The position numbers were made by a program, and so were the translations under genes. A DNA stretch of 64,000 nt from Camelus ferus (taxonomy: Eukaryota). The notes under the pieces are model-generated. The model was not told the DNA's origin, ran no database searches, and saw only the letters and a list, made by a program, of their open reading frames with translations. The DNA lies in assembly GCF_009834535.1 (NCBI RefSeq), contig NC_045696.1:89592001-89656000 (forward strand), given 5' to 3'. This document shows, one piece after another, positions 24,193-37,800 of this stretch (position 1 is the stretch's first letter; each line of letters begins with the position of its first letter).

Positions 24193-27100
24193 GGGTATTA
24201 GATATATTATAAAACCTTAAGAGGGATTTTTTTCCTCCTCATAACACATGTTTGCCAACAAGCCCTCTCTAAATTTAAAATGAACTCTCTTGGGTTGAAA
24301 TCACCTTCATGCAGTCTTGAAGAGCAGAGACAGTCATGATTCAAATTTAATTACTAAATTCTAAAGTCATACTCTGTGAGAATTAAATTGGGAGTTAGAG
24401 GAAATAGTTCATCAATAGAATCCTTTGGGCAATATTCACTATTGAGAAAGTAAGTTTCTCCTCTGCCAGTCAGTGTGATTGACCCAATAGCCAATTAAGT
24501 TTAGTTTACTTTCTTTTATTGGGCTATTTATTATATGGCATATTTTACTGTACTGGTCTTAATTATAAACACATAATTTCTAAAATTAAAAATATATTTG
24601 GTCAATGTCAATACATTTTTGCTAATAAAAATGTTCACCCATAAAACTGTTCAACTAGAGTTTTTGAAATAGTCCATTGTAACTGAAATGGTGAGAAAAC
24701 CATCAATCATTCATACTGTAGTATAAATTAGTGTCTGAAGATTCCTTTCCTTTCACTTGGATAAAAGCATCCTCAATGAGGAAATGGGATTTTATAACAA
24801 AGCTGTGGGTGAAGGGAGGAATAGGACAGCTTATGGGAATGCAGATGTGGGTGAGAATGCTGTTGTACAGCTGAGAGCTTGGGTAGCTCCCCTAGCCTCC
24901 TGCACTGAATGTCCAAATTTTGTCTGCCTCCACTGATCACTCCTTGGGCCTCTGAGCACACACATTGGTGGCACCCTCTGCCCTTGGGAGAAGGATATGG
25001 GGTAGAGGCCTGTGTAGGTCAGGGATGGAGGCCTGGGATCATCTGAGCAGGAGGTTCTAGGGTCCTGAGTACCTGAATCATTGCCTAGAATGGAGGGCTT
25101 GGGTTCCAGGTGGACAAGGCCCCTTGGTTCCTTGAACTCCTTGCTATGGGAGGTGGGGGACATGGCTGGGAATGTGGCTAGAGGATGGCCAGCGTAGGAC
25201 CCTCTAAAGCATGTGGGTCTAAGGCCAGTGCCCTTGTACCATAACCAACATAGGAGGCACCCCCCCACTGCAGTAATGCCTCCATTGTGTGTATAGTATG
25301 TTTGCTTTATACTTAGTAACTATTTAATAAATAGATTTTATTCCATAACGTGGATTTAGTTCTCCAGGAATCCATATTATTGACTCTATAAAATTGTCTT
25401 AAAAGACTCCCTTCAGGTTGAAGGGAGGCTTCGTGGCTGAACGATCGTGGAACTTGGTGCACACAGCCCAGGTAGCAGTTCTCTCAGAGAGCGCTGCCTG
25501 GTCCTGGTTTATTCCAGCAGACAGGTCACACCTTTCCAGAAGCATCCCTTCTCCACGCCTAACCTCTTGGCACATGATTTGAGGGTCTAACTACAGCCTG
25601 AGAGACTAGCAGTCTTTCTGCTTTACCAGGAAACTTCTAGTACTAAAAAAAAAAGTCTGCTTGAAGACTTGACATTTCAAAAATGATTTGCATCATTTGT
25701 TTGTTTTAAGGGACCTCCAAAAAAATTCTTTTCATGGATTCAGGCCAACTAGATAATATTCTGTGTCATGAAAAAAGAAGACTCCTCACCATGGGGAATC
25801 CCTAAAGTATTCATTCTGACAGTGAAATAGACATTTCTGAAGTACTCAATGAGTTTAATTTGCTCACTAGTAATTAGCTATGATTTAAATAGAAGATTAT
25901 TTGAAGAACTGAACAGAGTAACACTGTTTATCTTCAGCATAATCTGAGTAATTGCCTGCTCTCGAACTTTGATGCACATAGAGGGAACTCACATCTGTTT
26001 CCTTGGGAAGACTTTGAGAGGGAGAATGGTAAAGCCTTCCAGAGCCTGGTACCCCTCCACATGCACAGAAACACCTGGATTCTGCATGCCAATATTAACT
26101 CCCCCTTCTGAAGCCACACCTGACTCCAAGCTTCCCATCAGGGCAACAGAGAGCAGGCCTTACTGCTCTTTGCATAGGTTTTCATTTCCAAGTAGGAGGA
26201 ATTTCTCCTTCCTTGCGGGTGTGCTGGGGAGGGTTTTGTGAAAGTAAAACTGGCACTAGCTAAGAAGGGAGGTTGTTTAGGGCTGTCAGTGTTCCTGAGC
26301 TGCTGTCAGCAGAGCGATCCAGACATAGTCCTGTCCAGACCTAAGGTGTAGACCAAGTTCATGCAGGCTCAAGGGCAGTTCCCCAGCCTTTGGTGAGACA
26401 GTCCCCAAAAGAGATTTCATAGTGATGCACAATGTGTCTCTTTTATTTCGGGTAACAATTGTCAGAGTGTGAGAAACAAAGACCATAATTTGACATACAC
26501 TCAAGCTAACGTACTCACCGTGCATAGCTGGGGTGGCTCATCCTCTGCTACATTCATATAAACGAGGGATTCAGGGAAGCACTGAAATATGTCTGTAGTC
26601 GTGCTTTTCCTTAACCTACACAGACTGTGTAATTTAATATACGCCATTTTCTTCCTCACCGTTATCATTGGCTGTAACAAACCTGGGATTTTGCAGAGCA
26701 CAGAGAAGCTGTGCCCTGCTATCTTAAGTTTTTCAGTCTTGGAAAGGAGACATAGAAGCACGTCAGGCCAACATATTCAATATTCGTGCCTCTGCACATC
26801 TGAAGACGTACAGATCAGCTGCCTCTCTGCTACTTCCTCCAGCTCGACTTCTGCCCTTCTTAAGCCCTGAAGCTTAAGCTTTGGCTTTACAGCATAGACC
26901 TCCTAAAGCACAACCCATGTCTGCAGCCGGGGCTCTGTTCTGGGCTCCTCTTCCCTCCGGATGCTGTTGAGAAAAAGCCACTTCCAAACTTGCTCCCACA
27001 CGGTGTGTTCCTCCTTGTCTCTCCTGATCCCTGCTGCTACTTCCTCCTGAGTTACCACTGCCAAGGAGACCCGGGCGCACCCCGGGGGGCCCAGGCACCT

Positions 27101-29037
27101 CTCAGGCATATCCTCACTGGAATCTGCTCAGCCTTTGGAATTGAGTTCTTTCCTAGGTTCTTATTTACTGATCAGTGGCCTGGCTTTAAATGCATCATTC
27201 CCCCGTCTTTATCCTGCTTTCAATTCAAATCAATTTTTCTAGATAGCTCTTCCCAATCCTTTCTGGAGGTTGGAATCCTGACCCGATACTTAAGGGCAAT
27301 GGACCAGGTCCTGCTATGCATGGACAGGTCTCCTCCAAAGAGAACTGCTATTGTTTGGCCTTGATTGTGAAAGGATTCCTAGTTCTTGTGTGTGGCTCAC
27401 CAGTGGGATATGCTAAGAATAGGCACCGGGAAGTAGGCCTGTGGCTCTGCCCGGGCTGCCCTGCTGCCCTCTCAGGGGCACCACCTACAGCTGGGCCCTT
27501 CCTCTGAGGACCTCCCCAGCCAGTGAGCATCTTAATTCCATGCCTCTCTCTCACCCTTCCAGGCCCAGTTTATGAGAGGTGCATGGTTATGCCTTGTGCC
27601 TGAATCATGACATAAGGAGGCTGCATTACACATAGATTTGTAGATTACACCTCATAGGTACATGAAGGGGACGGCAAGGGGCTGATGAAGAGAGTGCAGG
27701 TGGTGGGAGCACAGAGCACACTGATGACCTGGCGCGGGTTTCGCAGAGGCGACAGATGTGGAACAGACTTTGAAGGAGCAAGGAAGCGTTATGATCAAAA
27801 TAGGTAATAAACAGGATATTTCAGGTAATGTTGGATCAGCAACATGGAAAGGACTCAGCAAATAATTTCTCGGTCCCAGGCACCAGGGTAGTAGGAACTT
27901 CAGAAGCAGTGAGCAGCTCACTCCACGCATCCTGCCAGCAGGACATGGCTTGTTCACGGTCGTATCTTCTGCCCAGCACAGCGCCCTGAGCACGCTTGGC
28001 ACTGGGTTAGCATTCCTTCATCGAGTGAGTGCTGAATGAGGCCTGAGCGTGATGCCTCTTGTATTATAAAGCCATTTCCTGGTGGGAAACAGCGTATTAG
28101 AGGTTAAGTAACTTTCTCTCTCAGCTCTCCCTTTTGATAAAGGCCAAACTGGCTTATGCACCTCTCAAGGTATAACTTGTTCTCTTTGGGGATCTAGAAG
28201 GATTTGCCGTAAGGTTCACTTGCCTCCCAGAGGAAAACCCTGCCCACATGGCCTGTTTAGTGGCCCACGTGAGACCTTTCTGAAGTTCTTTCCTTCCAGA
28301 CCCCACAGCTGCCTGACATCACTAGCAAGAGATCCGGAATCAGGTGAATAATTGCCAAATCGGCCTTAGCGCTGCCCTTCTGATGCATTTCATCAATAAA
28401 ATAGAAAGCAATTCTGCTATCTGCGTCCTCAAGTTAGAAAGTAGTCTATGGAAGGATCGAGAAGCCCCACGAGGTCTGCTGGTCAGGAGGAGGTGGTGGT
28501 GGGGACACAGTGCGTTCCGGCTGAAGTCCTGGGACGGGAATGGGGGCAGAAACAGGCAGGCCGCCCACGGAGGCTCAGCGGAGACCTTGTGCCTTATTAA
28601 TGCCCAGACACATGCTCTCAAACAGACCGTCTTCTCTCTGAAGGCATTACCTTAACTAAGACAGAGAGAGACACAGTGTCATTGACAACTGAGTAAACAA
28701 GGGAACAGAAAAATTGTTTCAGGTCCACATGGCTGGGCAACTTGGATTTCTGTGTGTTCGAGAAGGGATGGAAACAGTGAGCACAGAGGAGTGTTTCAGA
28801 CACTTCTAAACAGCTCAGATGAGAAACAAAAGGAGAAGAGCAGATTCTTTTTCCATTTTTCTTCTCCTGGTAATAAAAAAAGCCTAAATGGTTTCTCTCT
28901 CTCTCTTTCCCCTGGTGTTAATAGAGAATGAACTCTCCACGTGTTGTATAGGAACTGACAGGCCTCACCAACACGTCTGTGACCGCTGGTGGCAAGGCCA
29001 GGGTGACTATGTGCCAGGGATCCCACTATGCACTTTT

Positions 29038-29173
29038 TTTCTGTGTGTGGGAGGAGGTAATTAGGCTTATTTTTATATATTTGTTCAATGTATTTAATGG
29101 GGTCCTGGGGATTGAACCCAGGACCACGGGCATGCTAAGCATGCACTCTGCCACTGAGTTAGACCCTCCCCCC
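29038..29173 (-). mobile_element. tRNA-Ala-derived SINE (Vic-1 type)
   Basis: ggggattgaacccaggaccacgggcatgctaagcatgcactctgccactgagtt. TSD tgcactttt (29029-29037 / 29174-29182). Confidence 0.9.
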
Positions 29174-29314
29174 TGCACTTTTCATTTATACATTTATATT
29201 TATTTCTATTATTGATAGCAACCTTGCAAGTAGGATGCTATTTCTTTTCCTTCCTGACGATGAGGAAACCAAGGCCCAGTGAGATTACATATCCCACCAA
29301 GATCTCTCACAGAG

Positions 29315-29537
29315 CAGAGTTTCTCAGCCTTGGAACTCCCGGCATCTGGGACCAGATAATTTTTTGCTGGGGGTGGGGAGGAACATGTCCTGTTCCTTTT
29401 AGGTTGTTTAGAAACATCCTTGGCCTCTATCTAAGAAATGTCAGTAGCACCTCCCTGGGTTGTGACAACTAAATATGTCTCCAGACATTGCCAAGTGTCC
29501 CCTGGTGGGTAAGACGGCCCCTGGTTACGAACCACTG
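29315..29537. mobile_element. MER20 hAT MITE inserted into a MIR
   Basis: cagagtttctcagcc...gttgtgacaactaaatatgtctccagacattgccaagtgtcccctgg...gaaccactg with terminal inverted repeats; MIR sequence continues on both sides. Confidence 0.9.
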
Positions 29538-31009
29538 TTCAGAGTAACTGGCTAACCTGGACTTTGAATTCAAACCTGTCTGTCTTCAGAGCCAACTTTT
29601 TCCTCAGCTAGAAACAAAATTAACATGTAATATCAGCCCTCACGTGAAGACACTGCCTTGCACGGCAACAGAAAGAGTCTACGTACTCTGGTTGTCACAG
29701 CAATTAATGTCATTTCAAAATAAAGGAGCAGATAACAATAACAGCTAACATTTATTGAGTGCTTACTATGTTTCAAGAAGTGTGCCAAGCACTTTATACA
29801 CATTTGCCCATTTAATCATCTCCACAGCCTTGTGAGGAATGATATGCCTGCAGACTCAGCATATCATAAAATAGATTCAGAAAAGGAAATTCTGCCACTG
29901 CAGCAGCATGAGGGAATTCTGCAATGGCTAATAATTTTTCAAAGTTCAACTCCGGAGTCCTTGTGAGATATTAGATTTTAGTGACAACTACGGTTCCAAT
30001 TATCTTCAACTATGGAATGTACCTGGTCAAGCTTGAGCTGTCAAAAAAGGATTGTTTCGAATAATTTTCATGAAGCCAACCAATTAGTTGATAGGATCAC
30101 ACATCCTTTTGGGTACCAGGCGCTCTCCTGGCGTGGAGCTGCCTGTCACCCCCTCTGCCACCCGCTCCCAGGGGAGCAAATGGAGCCTGTTGGGAAAATG
30201 GAATCAGTTCAAAATTGTCTTTTTGCAAATCTCAGACTCTTGGCTCCTTAACACTCTCTTTCCTAAAAAGCCATTGATTTTGAAAATGTTTTCTATTTCA
30301 AAGTCACAGTCCCAGAAAAAAAAAAATGTGTTTATGAACTAGTTAGTTTGAGTTAAGGCAATGACTTAGTAGTAATCATTTCAGGGGGAGAAATTTAAGT
30401 CCAAGACCAACAGAAGAAAGCTCAGGCTTCAGCACCATGCTCCAAATAAATGAGGGCTGGCTCAGAAGTCGGTCTAATGACTTGATAATATCCTGGACTG
30501 TGCTTATGGTTCATATAGAAAAGAATTCTGGCTTACAGGTCAATTACTCATGCCGAAAATCTTTATTGAGTTTACTATTGTGGGTTAGTTTGTAGAATAA
30601 AATGATTTGACCATGAGATGGAGAGAAAGAAGGGCCTGGGAGAGTAGGGCAGGGATGCTAACTCTAAAGCAGAGGACACCTAGACAGGTAAGAAGGAGGA
30701 AAAAGGGGAACGAAAAGAGAAATCAGTGAGGAGAAGCAGCCCAAAGTGGCCGGGGCCCGGGGTGGGGGGCGTGGTGCCCAGATCCACGCTGGGAGGGCTC
30801 CCCGGGCTTCGCTCTGCCTGTGGACTCTCATCACCCTTCTTCGGGACAAATGGGTGAATCGGGCATGTGTGGAATTAATAGGTTGTGCAAGACGGTGTGG
30901 CGGGACGTAGCCATGGGAAGGAGACTGGGGAAAGCTTGGCGTGTCAGTGAGGGAGGGCCTCTGGGTGGCATGAGGACTTGTATGGGGTTTGAGGCTCAGC
31001 ACAAGCTGC

Positions 31010-31180
31010 TCCTTTGGCCAGCAGTGCATTGAGTTTCTGCACAGCACCCTACGCTCCGAAAGGCTCACCCTTGGCTTAATGCTCTGCTGTCACTCTGTTG
31101 AAATTCTTAGTAACTTCTGAATGATAGTCGCCATATTTTCATTTTGCATCTATAGCCACAAATTAGATAGATGGTCCTGG
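31010..31180. mobile_element. MER53-like hAT MITE
   Basis: ttaatgctctgctgtcactctgttgaaattcttagtaac...attttcattttgca...cacaaatta...ggtcctg. Confidence 0.7.
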
Positions 31181-33727
31181 GCAGCAGTGACCCTGCTGTC
31201 CTGATACACCTTTGAGATAAGCCATCTCCACATTACTCAGGGCCGAAGGGAAGATGGGGCTATTTAGAAGGGGGCTTGTAACTCAAGGGCTGTTGCACAA
31301 GGTGCTGTGCTGAAAGTTCTTAGACAAAAACAGTGAAGCATCCTATTTCTTTAATCCTAAGATAACATCAAACATGACACTCCATTGGCTTAGTGGCAGC
31401 TTCTATTTTTTTTCCAAGAAAAATAAACACATTAGTTGTATGTATAAAATATCCAACCTAAACTGATTTAAGAAATATTAAATTGTGAAACAAACATAAA
31501 AGGTCACCCTAAAATGACAAAAATGTAGTTCATGATGAGTTTTTATCAACCATCTGATTGATTTCTGGACAGCCAAAGGAAGCATTCACCTTGCCCTGGC
31601 TGGTCTCTCTTCAGTTCAGAAAATTTTCTGGGCTGTCTGAATCTAACTGCACATTGGTATGTTTAGTAAAAGAGCCATGAAGGTGCTCTTCCATGTGTGA
31701 TTAGTTGAAAGATGTGGACAACTAGACATTGGCTCTGAGCTCTAACTTTGACCATGCTGAAAATGAATGAGAAGAAGCCATTTGAGTTTGTCCTTGTCCT
31801 GGGTTTGTTTCTGCTGATTAACTTAAGCAGACCTAATAATTTTAATACTTTGAATGTTATGTTCTAATCAAGCTGAAAAGCAAACAGATGCACTATAGAA
31901 CCAAGATTTTGCCCTCAAGCAGAGCACAGTGTCTTTTCCAGATACAAACTTCCCCTACATCAGATCATTTTCTTTGAGTTTGGTCAACATCCTCCCTCAA
32001 GGTGAATGCTTCTTTAGCTGTTCGGAATTTGTGGCTTGATGAATCTCTCTTCCCCAGAGAGCCCCTTGCCAAGGAGCTCGTTGCCCACAATAGACACTGA
32101 TTCACACAGGTTCACTGATGACAGGCCCAGGCACCAGCCTCCTCCCACGTGCCTCCTGCAGACTCTGACTTGAAAAGATTCACCCACTGCTTCCCCTCAG
32201 GGCTCGAGGACATAATGCAGTGAGTTTCCTCCAAAAAGGGTCTCAGCATTTGCTCTTTAACCTCAATCACCACAAATGCACCAAACATAGCCCGGGCATC
32301 TGATGCAGGGTCAGAGGATTAATGCTTGTATTTACCCACCTGACAAAGCGCTGCCAAATGCCTGCCATGTGCAGGGAACAGAGCAAGGTGAGGGGCTGGG
32401 GAGACTCTGAAAGCAAATGAGACAGAGTCTTTGACCTAAGGTGGGATGGAGGGCTCTTAATCTGGTAGAACAGAAAAGATCTGTGCATAAACATAACATC
32501 CTTCTATAGCAAGGAGGCCAGTCACCTACTTCCTGCTTCCTGGGATCTACTCATTTCGCACCGTGATGTAGAATGCCATCCCTTCACACATGTCGTCCAC
32601 CACAGACCTTCCTACTGGACAGGCACTGGGTCTAATGCTCTTTACACAGTGACATGAGCAGAAGCTGCCTCATAAGTACTGAACTGTGGTGACAGTGGTA
32701 ATGCTCCATTGCTTGTTTGGTTTCAGTCAAAATGAGCCTAGCTCTCTCTGGGTCCACCTAAGATGACGCTTGTTTTAACTGTGATGATGACAAAAATGAC
32801 AGCACAACTGCGGCTGCTATTCCTATTACGACTGCTTTTCAGCATTTCCACGTGGCTTGCTCTCTGCCCTGTTTTACGTACATTGCTCCTTACTTTTATA
32901 ACAACTCTGCAAGATACTGATTATTATCCTGGCTTCCCCGAAGAGGCAATGAAATGTCAAAAAGCTGAGTCGCTTGCCCCAGGGGGTGAAGCTGGAGTTC
33001 AGGCGCAGTTGCCCTCACAGCACCCTTCAGTGAGAACACAGGTCTCCCGCGGCCGTCCTCCCATGGGAGCATTAAAGCTCAGGTCCTCTGGGAGCACCCA
33101 GGAAAAGGCCTGAGGGAGGAACCGGCACTGGCCTGCTCGGAATGGAAACTACACATGCCGGGGTAGAACCTAGGGTCTCATAAATGCTATTTTTTCTCTT
33201 ATGGAAGCATTAGCATCCTGGAACAGCCAGAGCACTGGCTTGCTTGTAAAAAAAAAAAAAAAAAAGCACTGTAACTTTTTAATTTGCGAAGTCGAATACC
33301 ACAGGGGGAGGAAAAGGAAGAAGTTCCCTGCTGCAGAAAGAGGAAGTGGAGGAGTCGAAGGGAAGACATTTCAGGACAATTCATTTCGCAGCCTGCACTA
33401 TTTAAAATAGCTGCTCAGCTCTTCCCAGCTGATGGGAGCTGCTGGGCTTTGAATGCCCCGAGGAGGCCGTCTTCAGAGAGGACCAGTGCTCCAGGCCCTA
33501 CCAAAGGAGGAGCTGTCAGGTGCAAACTCAACATCTCTCTTTCAAGGCACCTGTGCCAGCTCAGGTGAGAAAGGGCTCATTTAAGGAAGAGAATGGGACA
33601 CACTGTCCATCCACTCCTCCAGCTGGTCCAAGTCCCATCCAGCTATCAAGTCAGGTCATGAGAAGCTGTATACCTGAGGCAGCTACTTTCAGTTAAGGTA
33701 GATCAAGTTTGGTTAAAATAATTTAAA

Positions 33728-34232
33728 ACTTTTTTTTTAACTGAAGTATAGTTGATTTACAATGTTAGTTTCAGGTGTAGAGGAAAGTGATACAGTTACT
33801 TGCACATACATATACATATATATTTTTTCTTTTCAGATTCTTTTCCAGTATATGTTATTACAAGAAATTGAATATAGTTTCCTGTGCTCTATAGTAGGTC
33901 CTTGTTGTTTATCTACTTTATACATAGTAATGGGTGTCTGTTATTCCCCAACCCCTAATTTATCCCTCCTTGCCTTTTCCCCTTTGGTAACCGTAGTTCG
34001 TTTTCTATGTCAGTGAGTCTGTTTTTGGTTTGTAAATAGAATTTGTATCTTTTTTTTTTTAGAGTTCACATACAAGTGATATCATATATTTGTTTTTCTC
34101 TATCTGACTTATTTTACTCAATATGATAATCTCTAGGTCCATCCATGTTGCTGAAAATGGCATTACTTCATTCTTTTTATGGCTGAGTAGTATTCCATCA
34201 TGTATATATACCACATCTTTATCCAGTCTACT
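33728..34232 (-). mobile_element. Young L1 3'-end fragment
   Basis: Same 3'UTR family; minus-strand translation contains MPFSATWMDLEIIILSKISQ (L1 ORF2 C-terminus). Confidence 0.92.
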
Positions 34233-34439
34233 GTGTGAAAGGCATGAGGGATTCAAAGAAGATCTAGGCTAGTAGGTCTCACTGATTTCCCCTCTGCAGC
34301 CCAACATTTGTGGCCACACTGCAGTGTGAGGCCCTTTGTCCTTCCTGAGCATCTGTTCTGATGAACCTTCTCTCTCACCATCTTGGACCCAAGGTCCCCC
34401 AAAAGGGCCTTTCTCCATCTTTTTCCCTAAAGCAATATT

Positions 34440-34640
34440 TTGGAAACTGAAATAAAATAGCATTTAAAAAAAAGAAGGAAAATGGAAGTGATAATACCAG
34501 AGTGCAACATACATGGTAAAAGAACCAACTGCTCTGTGAAACTTTGATCAGTTACACGTGTCCGTGTGTACTGGGATGTGATGGAAAATCCACTTCTCTC
34601 TGTGGGTCAGGTCATGGTCCAAAAAGTTGGAAAAGCACAG
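34440..34640. mobile_element. hAT-Charlie MITE fragment
   Basis: tgtgtactgggatgtgatg...tgtgggtcaggtcatggtccaaaaagttggaaaagcacag resembles MER117/MER119-type ends. Confidence 0.4.
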
Positions 34641-35289
34641 CTTTCCATGCTTTCCGGGAGTCCTCTGACTTCCCCACTCTTTTCTTCTTCTAGCCAGATC
34701 CCATGACAGACCCATCATTTTGAAGGTCACTGTGGCTTTTTGCCTGCCTCTGAAACTCAACATTTCAAATTTCCTTCCGGAGGCCAACTGACTCATGATT
34801 ATGACTCTGGTTCCTGTGTATCCCACGCCCACTACCTGTGCCGGCCCATCCCTCCCCTCCCCCCGCCACCTACCACACACACACACACACACACACGGGT
34901 CTGTGGCCTGAGGCTCCAGCCTTGCCAGAGCTCTGGCTGCCTTGACCATCCATGGAAGGGTGACTCAGGAACCCACCATATGTACAGGTCCCTTTGCATT
35001 TGCAGCAAGACTGTTATCAATCTAACAGCTATTTCTTTACAATATCATCTGCTTGTTGTAGAGAGTGATGTTTTAAAGAAAAGCAAATGCTTGCCTGAGG
35101 GGGTGGTACCTGGGACTTGTGACAGGTTGAGAACACAGAAGCTAGACACTTTTCAGGATTTCTCCAGAAGGCTTCCTCACCCTGGCTTCCCTAACCCGTT
35201 TCCTCATGCATCCTTCTTGGGCATCTCAGGTGTAACTCTGGTATTTGATCCTAGTCACAAGCTCCAGCTCCCCTCCTGGGCTTCAGTAA

Positions 35290-35510
35290 TGAGAACTAAC
35301 GTATTGAGGGCTTACTGTGAACCAGCCGCTGTGCTAAGTAAGCATGCCATCGCCTTATTCCACATACTCTCACAGTAGATCATGGTGGGTAAATTTTACT
35401 CCCATTTTACAGACAAGGAAACTGGAGCTATGGTAAGTGCATGGCCCAAGGTCAGCTGGCATTTGAACCTGGTCAGCTGGCGTCCATGTCTGTGAGCTTG
35501 ACTACTACAT
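35290..35510 (-). mobile_element. MIR SINE
   Basis: cccattttacagacaaggaaactggagc...cccaaggtcagctggcatttgaacc. Confidence 0.8.
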
Positions 35511-36091
35511 CATGTAGGTTTGGTTGTATGTGGCTCTGCCCTCCCACCCCAGGCTCACCATTGCTGCCTGGCCACGATGGGCAAATTAATCAGCTTCGTC
35601 GTGATACATCTCTTTAAGGATGGAGGTTCAGGAAAAGAAGTTTTTCTCCTAAAACTTTCTCCTTTTGGTATAATTTATCCACCAGCTAAGAATAATACAA
35701 TTGTAATTATCTATTTTGCCTTGGCTTCTAGGAGGCTCACAATTAAATTGAAATAATAACATCTATAGCAAGTGTGCTAATTCTACAGTGGCATAAATCC
35801 TTTCTCTTTTTCACTGCTTTGTTCTTTCACTTCAGTTTATGTGAACATATGCACATGTATATTTGTGAACAGATGTACATGTAAATTTGTAACAAGGAAG
35901 GAAATAAACAAATTAGCATTCTATTCTTTCAGAAAGATACCTAACTGTCTTGAGCATCTGAATTACTTAGAAGACTTGACAATATTATAGAAAAGTATGT
36001 ACAACAGGATTTTCCACTCCTGTTTTGCCTTGAAAAAAGAAAGTATAGTATTATGCTTTACTATTTGCCTTGGCAAAGTCTCGGGGTAGTT

Positions 36092-36212
36092 GGTAGGGCT
36101 GCTGCATATGGCTATGCAGATTAGGCACTGCACAGTGCCAGGGGAGGCCATTCACATTGTAATCTATGGAGTTGCTCAGTGTGCAACCTGCACATCTATG
36201 CCTGGCAGCTCA
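36092..36212. mobile_element. MER91-like palindromic hAT-Tip100 MITE
   Basis: gggctgctgcatatggctatgcag...gcactgcac / gtgcaacctgcacatctatgcctggcagctc imperfect inverted ends. Confidence 0.55.
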
Positions 36213-36815
36213 AAGAGTTTAACTGGGCTTATATCATTCTCTGCTTTTCATCAACTAACTACCGACTGACTGGGATTGGAGCTGTTGAAAGAGGAGGTAG
36301 CTGTGCAGTTGGAAGGTATTCCATTGTTCCTGTTGTTCTTCCCAGGCAAAGCTATTCCTCCCTGCTTTGGGTTAAAGTCCCAGGAAATGTGGGTGATGAG
36401 GAAAGCTCCCCGCTCCTCCCTCTGTGCAATAGTGGGGAGGCGGGGAGGCAGGAGAGGAGGAGAGTGGCCCAGGGAGATGCTAAACTGAGCAGGCAATCCA
36501 TCATCTCACCACCTCCCTCAAGATTCTTCTGGCTTTATTTCAGGCACTAATTGGAAATGCCTGCCCCTTCACAGAGCCTGTTTTCTCACTAGCAAGGAAA
36601 GAAGGTTCCAGCAGAGCCTGGGGATGCTGAGAAGGATGTGATAACTTTTCAAACCGCACATTGGCATTCCCCACTGCTCCCTTCTCCAGAGCCTCACTTT
36701 GGGGCACTTGTACGTGTGATCTGTCAACTGAAAGGAAACTCCTTTCATCCTGGGCTACCCTCTCCAGAGACGACAAAGCAGGGGCTAGAGGGAATTTTAC
36801 AAATGTGGGACCTCA

Positions 36816-37800
36816 TTTTTTAATTTTAATTTTAATTTATTTTTTATTTAAAAATCTTTATTTTGACCCTTACTGAAGTATAATTGACAAAATTGTAAGA
36901 TTTTTAAAGTGTATATGGTGGTGATCTGATATGCATACACATTGTGAAAGGATTCCCCCAACTAGTTAATTAATACATCCATCACCTCACGTATTTATCA
37001 TCTTTTTGGGGGAGGGGGATGAGAACATTAAAGTTCTATTCTCTTAGCGAATTTCAATTATACGATACAGTGTCATCAACTACAGTCACCATGTTATGCA
37101 TTAGCTCCTCAGACCTTAGCCTTCCACAGCTGAAAGTTTATACCCTTTTACTAAACTCTCTTTTATTTCCCTCCAGGCCCCAGGCCCTGGCAACCACTTT
37201 AAAAAAAAAAAATTGGGGCGGGGTAGGGGAGGTAGTTAGATTTATTATTTTTTTTAATGGAGGTCCTGGAGATTGAACCCAGGACCTCGTGCATGCTACG
37301 TGCACACATTCTACCATTGAGTTATACCCTCCCCTCTTCACCTTTTTACTCTGTTTTTACGAGTTTGATTTTTTTTTTTTTTTTAGATTCCACGTATAAA
37401 TGATACTGTGTAGTATTTGTCTTTGTCTGTTCGGCTCATTTCACTTAGCATAATGCCCTCAAGGTCCATACATATTGTCGCAAACGGCAGAATTTTCTTC
37501 TTTCTCAGGGCTGAATAATACCCATTATGTTTATATACCACATCTTCTTTATCTGTTCATCCACTGATGGACACTTAGGTGATTTCCATACCTCGACTAC
37601 TGTGAATAATGCTGCAACGAACGTGGGAGGACAGATACCTCTTTGAGGTCTTGACTTCTATTCTTCTGGATATATACCTGGAGGTAGGATTGCTGGATCA
37701 TATGGTAATTCTACTTTTAATTTTTCAAGGAACCCCCATACTGTTTTCTACAATGACTGCACTGCTTTACATTCCCACCAAGAGCGCACAAGGGTTCCCT
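36816..37800 (-). mobile_element. Older L1 (L1MA-like) 3' fragment
   Basis: gaagtataattgacaaaattgt...gtcaccatgttatgcattag...gatggacacttaggt...ggattgctggatcatatggtaattcta. Confidence 0.9.
37201..37338 (-). mobile_element. tRNA-Ala-derived SINE (Vic-1 type) nested in L1
   Basis: gagattgaacccaggacctcgtgcatgctacgtgcacacattctaccattgagttataccctcccc interrupts the L1 3'UTR. Confidence 0.88.

Noticed and set aside
34740..35378. Longest ORF (212 aa) as a CDS
   Set aside because: Non-ATG start; runs through a (CA)n repeat and a MIR; no recognisable domain.
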